From assembly GCA_016184305.1 (NCBI GenBank), contig JACPCX010000183.1, forward strand, positions 1-35,277: a stretch of DNA of 35,277 nucleotides, written 5' to 3'. Under the pieces are notes generated by a model. It ran no database searches. It was not told the DNA's origin and saw nothing but the letters and a program-made list of their open reading frames with translations. How positions within the stretch are numbered: the first letter of the stretch is position 1; each line of letters starts with the position of its first letter. The position numbers were made by a program, and so were the translations under genes. This stretch comes from Candidatus Rokuibacteriota bacterium (GTDB lineage: Bacteria > Methylomirabilota > Methylomirabilia > Rokubacteriales > CSP1-6). Shown piece by piece: positions 18,711-30,415 of this stretch.

Positions 18711-19394
18711 TCACGGCCAGGTCACTGCCCGCCCCTCCAGGAGCCGATACCCTCGGTCCGCCTTGCGCGCCAGCTCGTGGTTGTGGGTCGCGATGACGAA
18801 GCTGAGCCCGCGCTCGGCCTGGAGGCGCAGGAAGAGCTCCCAGATCACCTCGCTCGTCTTGGGGTCCAGGTTCCCTGTTGGTTCGTCGGCCAGGATCACG
18901 CGCGGCGCCACGACCAGCGCGCGGGCAATGGCCACGCGCTGCTGCTCCCCCCCGGAGAGCTCCCCCGGCCGGTGCCCCAGACGGTCGGACAGGCCGACCT
19001 CGCCGAGGGCCGCCGCGGCCCGCTCGCGCGCCTCGTTCCATGGCGCCCGCTGCAGCAGCGCGGGCATCATGGCGTTCTCCAGCGCCGTCATCTCCCCCAG
19101 GAGGTTGTAGAACTGGAAGACGTAGCCGACCTCCGTCCGCCGCAGCCGGGCCAGTGCCGTCTCCGAGCGTGAGTACATGTCCTCGCCCGCAAACAGCACG
19201 CGACCCCCGGAGGGGCGGTCCAGCGCGCCGAGCAGGTGCAGCAGCGTGGACTTGCCGACGCCGGAGGCGCCGATCACCACCACGCTCTCTCCCGGGTTCA
19301 CGGTGAGGCTCACGCCGCGCAGCACGCGGACGACCTCCGGGCCCATCCGGTATTCCTTCTCCAGATCCTGGGCGACGAGGAGCGGCTCACTCAT
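18711..19394 (-). CDS. lolD: Lipoprotein-releasing ABC transporter ATP-binding protein
   Basis: GASGVGKST, LSGGEQQRVAIARAL, ADEPTGNLD, ATHN. Confidence 0.9.
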   Translation of the reverse strand: MSEPLLVAQDLEKEYRMGPEVVRVLRGVSLTVNPGESVVVIGASGVGKSTLLHLLGALDRPSGGRVLFAGEDMYSRSETALARLRRTEVGYVFQFYNLLGEMTALENAMMPALLQRAPWNEARERAAAALGEVGLSDRLGHRPGELSGGEQQRVAIARALVVAPRVILADEPTGNLDPKTSEVIWELFLRLQAERGLSFVIATHNHELARKADRGYRLLEGRAVTWP

Positions 19395-20627
19395 ATCTCA
19401 GCACGTCCACCGGGTGCAGCCCGGCCGCCCGCCGCGCAGGCGACAGCGTCGCCAGGAAGGAGATCAGGAGTGTGGCGCCGACGACCAGCGCGAAGTCCAT
19501 CCCGGTGAGCTTCATGGGCAGGTGGTCGATCTGGTAGACGTCGCCGGCGAAGCGGATGATCTTGTAGCTGTTCTGTACCCAGATGAGCAGGAGCCCGAAG
19601 GCGCTGCCCGCCACGGTGCCCACGGTACCGATGAGCATGCCGGCCGCCAGGAACACCGCCGCGATGCTGCCGGAGGTGGCGCCCATGGCCTTGAGGATGC
19701 CGATCTCCTTGCGCTTCTCCGCGACCAGGAGCACCAGGTGGCCGATGATGGCGAAGCCCGCCACCAGCACGATGATGGTCACGATGACGAACAGCGCGAG
19801 CTTCTCGAGCTGGAGCGCGGCGAAGAGGTTGCGGTTCATCTCCATCCAGTCGCGGATCCAGAGCGGCGATCCCGCCGTCTGCGCGATGCGTCGCCCCACG
19901 GCCTTCGCGTCCCACGGGTCGTCGAGCTTGACCTCGACGCCGGTGACGCGGTCCCCGAGGCCGGCGAACTCCTGGGCCGCGGCGAGGGTCGTGTAGGCGA
20001 GCGACGAGTCGTACTCGTACATGCCCACCTCGATGGCGCCGGCGACGAGGAAGCGCCGCATCTTGGGTACGAGCCCGACGGCCGTCATGGCCCCCTGGGG
20101 CGAGATCGCGGTGACGTGATCCCCGGGGACGACGCCGAGAGTTCGCGCCAGCTCCCGCCCGAGCAGCAGCGCCGGCTCTCCTCCCGACAGGAGGGGCTCC
20201 ATGCTGCCGAGCCTGAGTTGAGCGGCGAGGGTCTCGCGCACCGATGCTGCGCCGAGGTCCAGGCCGCGCAGCAGCCCTCCCGTGGCCCCGCCACCCTGCG
20301 CCGTGTAGAGCGCCTGCTGCAGGACGAACGGCGTGGCGGCCCTCACGCCCGCGACGGCTCGGGCGCGCTTGGCCACAGCATCCCCATCGCCGAGCCCGCG
20401 TCCGCCCCCCTCGACGATGAGGATATGCGGGTTTGCGGAGATGATCTTCTCGCGGATCCCGTCCTGGAACCCCGTCATGGTCGCGAGCACCACGATGAGG
20501 GCGCTCACACCGAGGAAGACCCCGCCGATGCCGATCCAGACGAAGAGGGACAGCCCGCGGAGCTGTCCGCGGGCGCGGAGGTACTTGAGCGCCAGGAAGA
20601 TCTCGAAGGGCAGCCCGCGCCCGGCCG

Positions 20628-20631
<4 letters not shown>
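19387..20631 (-). CDS. Lipoprotein-releasing ABC transporter permease LolC/E
   Basis: GTG 20631 overlapping lysS stop, 414 aa; FEIFLALKYLR, LIVVLATMTGF, GMYEYDS, EKRKEIGILKAMGA, LRYE. Confidence 0.92.
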
Positions 20632-22184
<1,553 letters not shown>

Positions 22185-22190
22185 CGGCGC

Positions 22191-23289
22191 CTACGCCGAC
22201 TTGCCGAGCGCAAGAAAGGCGCGGATGAACGGGTCGAGATCGCCATCCATGACGGCCTCCACGTTGCCCACCTCGATCCCCGTCCGGTGATCCTTGATGA
22301 TCTGGTACGGGTGGAAGGTGTAGGTGCGGATCTGGCTGCCGAAGGCGCTGTCCTTCTTCTCTCCGGCCAGCTCGGCCAGCTCCTCCTTCTGCCGCTTCTC
22401 GTAGATCTGGAAGAGCCTCGACTTGAGAATTCGGAGCGCCGTGTCGCGGTTTCTGAGCTGGGAGCGCTCGTTCTGGCAGGCCACGACGAGCCCGCTCGGC
22501 AGGTGGGTGATCCGCACGGCCGAGTCCGCCGTGTTCACGCCCTGGCCGCCCGGACCGGAGGAGCGGTAGACGTCCACGCGGAGCTCCTCGTCCTTGATGA
22601 CGACCTCCACATCTTCCACCTCGGGAATGGCCGCCACGGACGCAAACGAGGTGTGCCGCCGCTTGGAGGCATCGAAGGGCGAGATCCGGATGAGGCGGTG
22701 CACGCCGATCTCCCCCTTCAGGTAGCCGTAGGCGTACTCGCCGTGCACCGTGATGGTGGCCGACTTGATGCCCGCCTCCTCGCCCGGCAGCACGTCCACG
22801 ACCTCGGCCCTGAGGCCGGCGCGCTCCGTCCAGCGCAGGTACATGCGCATGAGCATCTGCGCCCAGTCCTGCGACTCGGTGCCGCCGGCGCCGGGATGGA
22901 TGGACAGGATGGCGTTCTTCTTGTCCTGGGGGCCGGAGAGGACGATCCGGAGCTCGAAGGCCTCGAGATCTCGGCTGACGCGGGCGATGTCCTGGGAGAT
23001 CTCCGGCGCGAGGCTCTCGTCCCCGGCCTCGGTCGCCATCTCCCAGAGCAGGCGGACCTCACCACCCTGGGTGGACAGCTCCTGGAATCGTGTCACGGTC
23101 CGCGACAGCTCGGCGCGCTCCTGGACCAGGGCCTGGGCCTTCCGGCTGTCGTCCCAGAAGGTCGCCGTGGACATGTCGGCGTCGATCAGCGCCAGGCGCG
23201 CTTCCTTGGCAGCCAGGTCAAAGATGACCTCGGAGGTCTTCCAGGCGCCTGTCCATGTCGACCAGGTCCCGCTTCAGCTCGCTCAGCAT
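22191..23289 (-). CDS. prfB: Peptide chain release factor 2, expressed via programmed +1 frameshift
   Basis: ORF1 ATG 23289 (GGAGG SD) MLSELKRDLVDMDRRLEDLRGHL, then CTT TGA C; the +1 frame continues DLAAKEARLALIDADMSTATFWD with SPF and GGQ motifs; 365 aa total. Confidence 0.96.
23217..23232 (-). promoter_or_regulatory. RF2 autoregulatory +1 frameshift cassette
   Basis: Minus strand CGAGGT CAT CTT TGA C: internal SD-like GAGGT, 3-nt spacer, slippery CTT-TGA-C. Confidence 0.93.
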
Positions 23290-24860
23290 CGCGCCGTTGA
23301 CCTCCCGAAGAGTGCATAGCCAACCGCCCCTGCCGACAGCGCCAGGCAGGCATATGCGAACCAGTCCCCGAACCGAGCGTAGACCGTGGCGGTATGGCGA
23401 AGCGGGACCCGATCCGCGAGGATCCCGCGCTCGAACAGCGGCAGCATCCTCGTGATCCGACCCGACGGCGCGACGAAGGCCGACACCCCGGTGTTCGCCG
23501 CCCTGGCGATCGCCACCCGGTTCTCCACGGCCCTGAGCGGCAGCATCCCCAGGTGTTGCCAGGGGCCGCTCGTCTCTCCGAACCACGCGTCGTTCGTGAT
23601 GTTCACCATGAAGGCGGCGCCCCCCGCCACGAAGTCCCGGAACAGCTCCGGGAATATCACCTCGTAGCAGATCACCACCCCGAACGGCGCGCCGGGCAAC
23701 TGGAACACCGTCCTCTGCTGCCCGGCTCCGAAGTCGGAAATGAACTCGGCCCAGCTCCGCACGAACCCGATCAGTCCCGACAGCGGCACGTACTCGCCGA
23801 ACGGAACGAGGTGAATCTTATCATATTTGGCCGTGATGCCGTCTCCGTTCAGGAAAAACGCGCTGTTCAGGAGCCTCCCCCTGGGCCCGTCCCGCCTATC
23901 GATGGAGCCCACCAGGAGGGGCGTCTCCACCTCCGCCGAGAGCGCCGTGAGCCGCCCGAGGAGCGCCGGGTCGCCACGAAGAAAGATGGTCGCCGCCGTC
24001 TCGGGCCACAGGACGACGGCGGGCCGGACGGACCCACCGTCGACAGTCACCGGCCGGGCGGCCTCCCGCGTGAGGCGCTCGTACACCCGCATGATCTCCT
24101 CGTGGCGAACGGGGTCCCACTTCATGGTCTGCTCGATGGAGGGCTGGATCAGGGCCACCGGCAGCCAACGGGACGCGCGTGCCTCGGTGTCCCCATCCGC
24201 CCGCAGCGCACTCCACCCGAAACCCAGCGACGCCACGAGGAGCAACCCCGCGGTCAAGGCCCCGCGACGGGCACGCCGCCAGCCGAGCCCGGCCATCGCC
24301 GCGAGGGCTGCATTCACCGCGAGGAGCAGGAAGGATACCCCGTAGATACCCGTCACCTCGGCGATCTGGATCACCGGAAGCACGGCGTGCTGCGAGTACC
24401 CGGCGAGCCCCCAGGGGAAGCCGTCCATGAGATGGCCGCGGATCCACTCGCCGCCCACCCAGAGCGGGGGCGTCGCCGCCAGGGCCCATCCAGCGCCGAC
24501 GCGCGAGCGTAGCCCGGCCACGGCCGCGCATGTCAGTCCCAGGTACAGGCCGCAGTAGGCCGCGAGCGCGACGATCGGAAGCCAGGTCAGGGGCCATGGG
24601 ATGGCGCTGTAGTGGCGGAAGGTGTGGTCGAGCCAGCGGAGCAGCACCAGGAAGAACACCGTGCCCTGGAGCCACCCGTCAGCCAGGGCGCCGCGCGGTG
24701 AGCGCCACAGCGCGCAGGCCAGGGCGGGCGTCACCCACACCCACCCGAGGAGCCACCAGCCCGCCGTGGGAAACGCCAGCGCGCCCACGACGCCTGCGGT
24801 CAGGAGCAGCGGGAGCCGCAGTCCCGCCCGGGAGAGGAGGGCCAGGCGATCAGAATCCAC
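23283..24860 (-). CDS. lnt: Apolipoprotein N-acyltransferase
   Basis: GFPWGLAGYSQ, WPETA, YDKIHLVPFGEY, ICYE, TNDAWFG, RAANTGVS. Start uncertain (GTG 24860 or TTG 24878). Confidence 0.93.
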   Translation of the reverse strand: MDSDRLALLSRAGLRLPLLLTAGVVGALAFPTAGWWLLGWVWVTPALACALWRSPRGALADGWLQGTVFFLVLLRWLDHTFRHYSAIPWPLTWLPIVALAAYCGLYLGLTCAAVAGLRSRVGAGWALAATPPLWVGGEWIRGHLMDGFPWGLAGYSQHAVLPVIQIAEVTGIYGVSFLLLAVNAALAAMAGLGWRRARRGALTAGLLLVASLGFGWSALRADGDTEARASRWLPVALIQPSIEQTMKWDPVRHEEIMRVYERLTREAARPVTVDGGSVRPAVVLWPETAATIFLRGDPALLGRLTALSAEVETPLLVGSIDRRDGPRGRLLNSAFFLNGDGITAKYDKIHLVPFGEYVPLSGLIGFVRSWAEFISDFGAGQQRTVFQLPGAPFGVVICYEVIFPELFRDFVAGGAAFMVNITNDAWFGETSGPWQHLGMLPLRAVENRVAIARAANTGVSAFVAPSGRITRMLPLFERGILADRVPLRHTATVYARFGDWFAYACLALSAGAVGYALFGRSTARC

Positions 24861-25590
24861 TGCCGAGACGATCGGCAAGCGCCCTGGGCAGGCCGGCCGC
24901 GAGAATGCGTGCGGCGGCCCCTCGGTGGTCGTACTCGACTCTCCTGAGGCTCACGAGGCGCTCCTCGAGGTCCCACACCGCGTAGGCGGCGCGCGGGTCG
25001 CGGTCGCGCGGCTGTCCGACACTCCCCACGTTGATGACGTAGCGCCGGCCCACCTCGAGCCGCACCTGCACGGGCCAGGCGCGGAACCACGCGGCGTGCT
25101 CGCGACCGCTCGACCCCAGGGACCAGACGCCGGGCCGGTGGGAGTGGCCGACGAAGCACAGGCGCGTCACGAAATCCGCGAACACCTCGAAGCCGTCGTC
25201 TGGCGACATCAGGTACTCCCACTCCTCGGGGCTGCGGGGGCTGGCATGGACCAGCGTGGCGTCCTCGACCGTCGCGGTGAGGGGCAGCGCCGACAGGTAG
25301 CCCCTGAGCCCGTCGGAGAGTCGCTCCCGGGTCCAGAGCGCCGCCGCCCGGGCCACAGGATTGAACCAGCGCAGGCTCATGAGGCCCAGCGCCGCGTGCT
25401 CGTGGTTGCCCGCCACCACCGCCACGGCCCGCTCCCCCACCGCCTCCGCGCACGCCACGGGATCGGCTCCGTAGCCGACCATGTCGCCGAGGCACAGCAG
25501 CGCGCGCGCGCCCGCGCGATCCGCGTCGGCCAGCACGGCGGAGAGCGCCTCGTGGTTCCCGTGGATATCCGACACGACGGCGTAGCGGAT
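24850..25590 (-). CDS. Metallophosphoesterase (calcineurin-like superfamily)
   Basis: SDIHGN, LGDMVGYG, GNHE, HASP, GHSH, NVGSVGQPRD; apparent start codon is ATC at 25590. Confidence 0.88.
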   Translation of the reverse strand: MRYAVVSDIHGNHEALSAVLADADRAGARALLCLGDMVGYGADPVACAEAVGERAVAVVAGNHEHAALGLMSLRWFNPVARAAALWTRERLSDGLRGYLSALPLTATVEDATLVHASPRSPEEWEYLMSPDDGFEVFADFVTRLCFVGHSHRPGVWSLGSSGREHAAWFRAWPVQVRLEVGRRYVINVGSVGQPRDRDPRAAYAVWDLEERLVSLRRVEYDHRGAAARILAAGLPRALADRLGSGF

Positions 25591-25600
25591 GCGAGACCCC

Positions 25601-26017
25601 CTACTCGGTGGCGCGCAGCTCCTTGCGGACTCGGTCCAGCACGCCATTGATGAACCGGCTCGATTCCCGCGTGCTGAACTTCTTCGCCACCTCGAGGGCC
25701 TCGTTGATGGCCACCTTGGGCGGGATCTCGACCATCCAGAGCAGCTCGAAAATGCCCTCGCGCAGGATGTTCCGGTCCACCACCGCCATGCGATCGAGAT
25801 CCCAGTTCTCCGCGTACTGCGCGATCATCTCGTCGATCTTCTGCTGGTGGAGCTTGGTGCCCCGGACGAGGGACTCGACGAACGCGCGCACCTCCGTGTC
25901 CACTGGGTGGCGCCCCCAGAACTCGTCGAGGTACGGCTCGGGGCTCCCCTCGTCTTGAAGGTCGAGCTGGTACAGCAGCTGCAGCGCCAGCTCCCGCGAC
26001 TTCCGCCGCTTGCCCAT
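25601..26017 (-). CDS. nusB: Transcription antitermination factor NusB
   Basis: RRKSRELALQLLYQ, VDRNILR, VAINEALEVAKKF, FINGVLD; follows ribH. Confidence 0.96.
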   Translation of the reverse strand: MGKRRKSRELALQLLYQLDLQDEGSPEPYLDEFWGRHPVDTEVRAFVESLVRGTKLHQQKIDEMIAQYAENWDLDRMAVVDRNILREGIFELLWMVEIPPKVAINEALEVAKKFSTRESSRFINGVLDRVRKELRATE

Positions 26018-26023
26018 GGGCTC

Positions 26024-26530
26024 CTACCTGCGCCGCGCCCCGCGCCGGACCCGGGCCAGCCACTCGGCCATCTCCAGCGCCGCCAGGGCCGCTTCCTCGC
26101 CCCGGTGACCGACGGCTCCCCCGGCCCGCTCCCACGCCTGCTCCTCGGTGAGCGCCGTGATCACGCCGAAGGTCACGGGCACGCCGGTCTCGAGCGCAAC
26201 CTGCCGGATGCCGGCGGCCGTCTCCCGCGAGATGTGCTCGAAGTGTGGCGTGCCGCCGCGGATCACGACGCCGACGCAGGCGATGCCTGCGTACCGGCGG
26301 CTCCGCGCCAGCGTCAGCGCGGCCTGAGGAAGCTCGAAGGAGCCCGGAACCCAGTGGACCTCCACGCGATCTCCTCGCACGCCCCGCGCGTCCAGAGCCG
26401 CCACCGCCCCGTCCACCAGCTTTTTCGAGATCGCCTCGTGAAAGCGCGCAGCCACCACGGCGAAGCGCGTCCGGCGCCGCCCGGCGCGGGCACCGACCCG
26501 ATCCGGAGCCCTGGGAGCGGGCCCGGCCAT
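26024..26530 (-). CDS. ribH: 6,7-dimethyl-8-ribityllumazine synthase
   Basis: VPGSFELP, GVVIRGGTPHFEHI, VPVTFGVIT, AALAALEM; ATG 26530. Confidence 0.94.
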   Translation of the reverse strand: MAGPAPRAPDRVGARAGRRRTRFAVVAARFHEAISKKLVDGAVAALDARGVRGDRVEVHWVPGSFELPQAALTLARSRRYAGIACVGVVIRGGTPHFEHISRETAAGIRQVALETGVPVTFGVITALTEEQAWERAGGAVGHRGEEAALAALEMAEWLARVRRGARRR

Positions 26531-26531
26531 C

Positions 26532-27758
26532 TCAGTCCGGCAGCGAGGAGAAGAGGTGCCCCATCTTCTCGCGCTTGGTGACGAGATAGCGGCGATTGGC
26601 CTCGGTGGGCGGGATCTCCAGCGGAACCCGCTCGACCACATGGAGGCCGTAGCCCTCGATCCCGACGATCTTCTTCGGGTTGTTGGTCAGGTAGCGGAGG
26701 CGCTTGAGACCCAGGTCCACGAGGATCTGCGCCCCGATCCCGTAGTGGCGCAAGTCGGCGCCGAAACCGAGCGCGTGGTTCGCCTCCACCGTGTCCTTGC
26801 CCTGGTCTTGGAGCTCGTAGGCGCGCAGCTTGTTGATCAGCCCGATGCCCCGCCCCTCCTGGCGCATGTAGACGAGGACGCCGCGCCCCTCGCGGGAGAT
26901 GATCGTCAGCGCCTTGTGCAGCTGCGACCCGCAGTCGCACCGCTGGGAGCCGAAGACATCACCCGTGAGGCACTCGGAGTGCACGCGCATGAGCACGGGC
27001 GCGTCGCCTCCGACATCGCCCATGACCATCGCCAGCGGCACCCGGTCGTCCACCGTGGTCTCGTATGCGATCACCTCGAACTGGCCGTACTCGGTGGGCA
27101 GGCGGGTCGTGGCCGCACGCCGCACCAGCTTCTCCTTCTGCATCCGGTACTCGATGAGATCCTTGATCGTGATGCACTTGAGCCCGTGAGCGCGGGCGAG
27201 CTTCATGAGGCCCGGCACGCGGGCCATGCCCCCGTCCTCGTCCAGGACCTCGCAGATCACGCCGGCCGGCGCGCAGCCGGCCATGCGCGCCAGGTCCACG
27301 GCCGCCTCGGTGTGTCCGGCGCGTCTCAGCACGCCGCCCTCGAGCGCGCGCAGCGGAAAGATGTGGCCGGGCTTCGTCAGGTCGTCCGGGCGGGTCGCCG
27401 GGTCCACGAGGGTCCTGATGGTGATGGCGCGGTCGTAGGCGGAGGTCCCCGTCGTGACACCCCGCCGGGCGTCCACCGTGGTGGTGAAGGCCGTCCCCAG
27501 CGGCGCCGTGTTGTCGCGGACCATCATGGAGATCCCGAGATCGTCGAGCCGGTCGCCCAGCATCGGCACGCAGATGAGCCCGCGGCCGTGCTTCGCCATG
27601 AAGTTGACCGCCTCGGGTGTGGCCGTGTCGGCGGCCATGAGAAGATCGCCCTCGTTCTCCCGGTCCTCGTCGTCCACGACGATGAGGATCCGCCCCGCGC
27701 GGATTTCGTCGATCGCCTCGTCGATGCTCGAGAACTCGCCCGTGCTCTTCTCGGTCAC
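26532..27758 (-). CDS. ribBA: Bifunctional DHBP synthase / GTP cyclohydrolase II
   Basis: [56 protein letters not shown] 27758. Confidence 0.96.
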   Translation of the reverse strand: MTEKSTGEFSSIDEAIDEIRAGRILIVVDDEDRENEGDLLMAADTATPEAVNFMAKHGRGLICVPMLGDRLDDLGISMMVRDNTAPLGTAFTTTVDARRGVTTGTSAYDRAITIRTLVDPATRPDDLTKPGHIFPLRALEGGVLRRAGHTEAAVDLARMAGCAPAGVICEVLDEDGGMARVPGLMKLARAHGLKCITIKDLIEYRMQKEKLVRRAATTRLPTEYGQFEVIAYETTVDDRVPLAMVMGDVGGDAPVLMRVHSECLTGDVFGSQRCDCGSQLHKALTIISREGRGVLVYMRQEGRGIGLINKLRAYELQDQGKDTVEANHALGFGADLRHYGIGAQILVDLGLKRLRYLTNNPKKIVGIEGYGLHVVERVPLEIPPTEANRRYLVTKREKMGHLFSSLPD

Positions 27759-28348
27759 GGGGTGCCCCCTCTCAGGCTCAGCGAGCGCACCACGTACTTG
27801 CCGATCATGTCTGCCTCCAGGTTGACGCGGCTGCCGGGCTTCACGGTGCCGAGCGTCGTGTGCGCGAGCGTGTGCGGGATCAGCATCACCTCGAAGGCGC
27901 GGTCCAGCAACGCCGCCACCGTCAGGCTCACCCCGTCCACAGCCACCGACCCCTTCGGAATCACGAGCGGGGCCAGGCCCTCGTCCTGCCATTCTATCCT
28001 GACCCGGGCCGACTCGCCCGTCCGATGGCTGTCCGTCACGAGGCCGATGCCGTCCACGTGTCCCAGCACCAGATGACCGCCGACGAAACCTCCCAGCGCC
28101 AGCGGCCGCTCCAGGTTCACCGCGTCTCCGGGCCGAAGGTCGTCGAGCGCGGTCACGGCCAGCGTCTCGGGGCCGAGATCGAAGGCCAGCCGTCCCGCGC
28201 CCCGCGCCACGACGGTCAGGCAGGCGCCGTTGACGGCCACACTGGCACCGATGTCGCTGCCCGCCAGGACGCGCCGGGCCTCGATGGCGAGCCGCGACCC
28301 GTCGCGGCTCGCGACCCGCCCGAGCTCCTCGATGATTCCCGTGAACAT
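27755..28348 (-). CDS. ribE: Riboflavin synthase
   Basis: MFTGIIEE N-terminal signature, [34 protein letters not shown]. Confidence 0.95.
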   Translation of the reverse strand: MFTGIIEELGRVASRDGSRLAIEARRVLAGSDIGASVAVNGACLTVVARGAGRLAFDLGPETLAVTALDDLRPGDAVNLERPLALGGFVGGHLVLGHVDGIGLVTDSHRTGESARVRIEWQDEGLAPLVIPKGSVAVDGVSLTVAALLDRAFEVMLIPHTLAHTTLGTVKPGSRVNLEADMIGKYVVRSLSLRGGTP

Positions 28349-28349
28349 C

Positions 28350-29492
28350 TCAGTCCCCCCCCTCCCGCGGGGCGATGTCACCCTCGATCAGCCAGTCCTC
28401 TCCCACGGGCCGCACCTGCAGCGAGCGCAGGCGCACCGCCTCGTGGAGCGGACGCCCATGCCCGCCGATCGGCGTGGGAGCGGTCCGGCCCCCGATGAGC
28501 ATGGGCGCCACGAAAAACGCCACGCGGTCCACGAGCGAGGCCTCGAGACATGCTGCCGCGAGTTCCCCTCCCCCTTCGAGCAGCACGGCGAGGACGTCGA
28601 GTCCGAGGAGCCGGGAGCAGAGATCGGCCACGTCCACCTTGCCGCCGTCCCCCTTGCAGCTGAGCACGGTGGCGCCGCAGGCCTTGAGGGCCGCGAGGCG
28701 CTCGGGCGGCGCCTCCTCCGTCACCGCGACCAGCGCCCGCGCAGGCGTGCCGGAGTTGATCATCCTGGCGGTCAAGGGCAGCCGCGCACGGCTGTCCACG
28801 ACCACGCGCCAGGGCTCCCGGGGCCACGGGCGGCCGAGGCGAACGGTGAGCGCCGGATCGTCAGCCGTTGCGGTCCCGATCCCGACGACGATTGCATCGA
28901 CCTCGCTTCTGAGCCGGTGCGCTTCGGCGCGCGACTGCTCCCCGGTGATCCAGCGTGAGGAATGGTCGAAGGCGGCGATCTTGCCGTCCAGCGTCATGGC
29001 GCACTTGAGCGTCACGTGCGGCCGCCGCTCGCGCATCACGGTGAAGAAGACCCGGTTCAGCGCCCGTGCCTCCTCTTCGAGGCACCCAACCTCCACGGTG
29101 AGGCCGGCCGCACGAAGGGCGTCCGCACCGCCGCCAGCGCGGGGATTCGGGTCGCTGACGGCGGCCACCACGCGGGCCAGGCCCGCTCCGGCGATGGCTG
29201 CCGCGCATGGCGGCGTCTTGCCGTGGTGGGCGCACGGCTCGAGCGTGACATAGAGGGTCGCGCCGCGGGCTGCTGGCCCAGCTTCGGACAGCGCCACGAC
29301 CTCGGCGTGAGCGGCCCCAGCCCGGGCGTGGTAGCCCTCGCCCACGACGCGGCCATCGCGCACGACCACCGCCCCCACCATGGGATTGGGCGAGGTCAGG
29401 CCCCGGGCCAGGGCAGCGATCTCCAGGGCCCGGGGCATCCACCGCCGGTCCTCGGCCGTGGTGGGGGGCGGCGGCGCCGGCGGCGACGTCAT
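28350..29492 (-). CDS. ribD: Riboflavin biosynthesis deaminase/reductase
   Basis: PNPMVGAVVV, HAE, TLEPCAHHGKTPPC, LKCAMTLDGK, LLEGGG; ATG 29492 overlaps ftsY stop. Confidence 0.95.
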   Translation of the reverse strand: MTSPPAPPPPTTAEDRRWMPRALEIAALARGLTSPNPMVGAVVVRDGRVVGEGYHARAGAAHAEVVALSEAGPAARGATLYVTLEPCAHHGKTPPCAAAIAGAGLARVVAAVSDPNPRAGGGADALRAAGLTVEVGCLEEEARALNRVFFTVMRERRPHVTLKCAMTLDGKIAAFDHSSRWITGEQSRAEAHRLRSEVDAIVVGIGTATADDPALTVRLGRPWPREPWRVVVDSRARLPLTARMINSGTPARALVAVTEEAPPERLAALKACGATVLSCKGDGGKVDVADLCSRLLGLDVLAVLLEGGGELAAACLEASLVDRVAFFVAPMLIGGRTAPTPIGGHGRPLHEAVRLRSLQVRPVGEDWLIEGDIAPREGGD

Positions 29493-30415
29493 GGCTCGGG
29501 GAGCAGGCCCGCGACGAAGGTCTTCGCGTCGAAGGGCTGGAGGTCTTCCACCCGCTCCCCCAGCCCCACGAGCTTGATGGGCAGCCGCAGCTCCTGGTAG
29601 ATGCGGATGACGATGCCGCCTTTCGCGGTTCCGTCGAGCTTGGTGAGCACGAGCCCCGTGAGCCCCACCGCCTCGTGGAAGAGCCTGGCCTGCGCCAGGC
29701 CGTTCTGTCCGGTGGGCGCCTCGAGCACCATGAGGCACTCGTGGGGCGCTCCGGGGAGCTGCCGCGAGAGTACACGCTTCAGCTTGACGAGCTCGTCCAT
29801 GAGGGTGGACTTGGTGTGCAGGCGTCCGGCGGTGTCCACCAGCAGCACGTCTACCTGGCGCGCCGTCGCCGCCTTCACCGCGTCGAACACGACGGCGGCC
29901 GGATCGGCGCCTGCTCCCTGCCGGACCATCTCCGCTCCGGCGCGGCGGCTCCACTCCTCGAGCTGTTCGATGGCGGCCGCGCGGAACGTGTCCGCCGCCG
30001 CCAGGGTCACGCTTTTTCCGGCGCCCACGAGCGCGGCGGCCAGCTTGCCAATCGTCGTGGTCTTGCCGGCGCCGTTCACGCCCAGCATCAGGATCACGGC
30101 CGGCTTGCTGTCGAGGTGGAGCGGGGCGGCGGCGCCCTCGAGCGTCTCCTCGAGGAAGCCCCGGAGGAGGGTCCGCACGTCCGCGGCGGTGACGGCCCGT
30201 CCGCGCTTGGCCTCGTCGCGGAGCCGGTGCACGAAGGTGGAGGCCGTGGCAGCGCCGAGGTCGGCAGCCACCAGCATTTCCTCGAGTTCCTCGAGGAGGG
30301 CGTCGTCCACGGGGCGGCCCACCGAGAGGAGGGCATCCAGCCCGTCACCGAGAAGCTGTCGCGAGCGCCGGAGACCGTCGCGGACGCGGCCGGCAAGCGC
30401 GCCGACGAGGCTCAC
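29489..30415 (-). CDS. ftsY: Signal recognition particle receptor FtsY (NG domain only)
   Basis: GVNGAGKTTT, ADTFRAAA, DTAGRL, TKLDGTAKGG; GTG 30415, 308 aa. Confidence 0.95.
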   Translation of the reverse strand: MSLVGALAGRVRDGLRRSRQLLGDGLDALLSVGRPVDDALLEELEEMLVAADLGAATASTFVHRLRDEAKRGRAVTAADVRTLLRGFLEETLEGAAAPLHLDSKPAVILMLGVNGAGKTTTIGKLAAALVGAGKSVTLAAADTFRAAAIEQLEEWSRRAGAEMVRQGAGADPAAVVFDAVKAATARQVDVLLVDTAGRLHTKSTLMDELVKLKRVLSRQLPGAPHECLMVLEAPTGQNGLAQARLFHEAVGLTGLVLTKLDGTAKGGIVIRIYQELRLPIKLVGLGERVEDLQPFDAKTFVAGLLPEP

